Source: Pasteurella multocida
GTDB taxonomy: Bacteria; Pseudomonadota; Gammaproteobacteria; Enterobacterales; Pasteurellaceae
DNA: 32,000 bases
Reading direction: 5' to 3'
Assembly: GCF_900187275.1 (NCBI RefSeq)
Contig: NZ_LT906458.1
Span: forward strand, 1,080,001-1,112,000
Positions 31,889 to 32,000 of the stretch are shown one piece after another. The notes below the pieces were generated by a model. The model made no database searches. It saw nothing but the letters and a program-made list of their open reading frames with translations, and was not told where the DNA came from. Position 1 is the first letter of the stretch, and each line of letters begins with the position of its first letter. Both the position numbers and the translations under genes were made by a program.

Positions 31889-31961
31889 TCTCAAACAGGA
31901 TCTGTATCCCAGCGAATTTAGAGCGTAGCATATTGCCGGAATACAGATCCCTGTTGAGAAC
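31889..31961. repeat. Imperfect ~22-bp inverted repeat downstream of trhP
   Basis: TCTCAAACAGGATCTGTATCC (31889-31909) pairs with GGAATACAGATCCCTGTTGAGAAC (31938-61). The paired blocks are CTCAA, CAGG, ATCTGTAT and CC, separated by single-nt bulges, with a 27-28-nt loop. No T run follows. Confidence 0.5.
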
Positions 31962-32000
31962 GTAATCAAAGCAACAGTATATTTATTATACGACATATTA

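Overview
This window looks like core chromosome from a Pasteurellaceae genome, Haemophilus-like and roughly 40% GC by eye. There are 11 exact copies of the Hin-type DNA uptake signal sequence core AAGTGCGGT, against about 0.25 expected by chance. Two inverted pairs of that motif form bidirectional terminators. I call 26 intact CDSs and one frameshifted gene. In order they are: cdd; serS-rarA-lolA-ftsK-lrp (minus strand, same order as E. coli); an orphan 117-aa ORF; radA and a ygiF-like CYTH triphosphatase (3-nt gap); a DUF47/PhoU-like gene with a Pit phosphate transporter; frameshifted ygiM; cca; lolB-ispE-prs; an M23/OapA peptidase (mepM/yebA-like) divergent from znuCB; a complete dppABCDF operon; metF; a 708-728 aa membrane-anchored protein of unknown function (possibly YdgA/DUF945-like); and trhP/yegQ. 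I found no tRNA or rRNA genes, CRISPR array, transposase, integrase, or recognisable defence or toxin cluster. I cannot support a claim of a novel multi-gene system here. The least explained elements are the orphan Cys-tailed ORF between lrp and radA, the large anchored protein next to metF, and an orphan terminator-like hairpin with a GU-rich tail in the 342-bp dppA-metF spacer. Smaller unexplained items are a structured dppA-dppB spacer and a bulged inverted repeat at the right edge. All family assignments come from my own recognition of the translated sequences, not from database searches.
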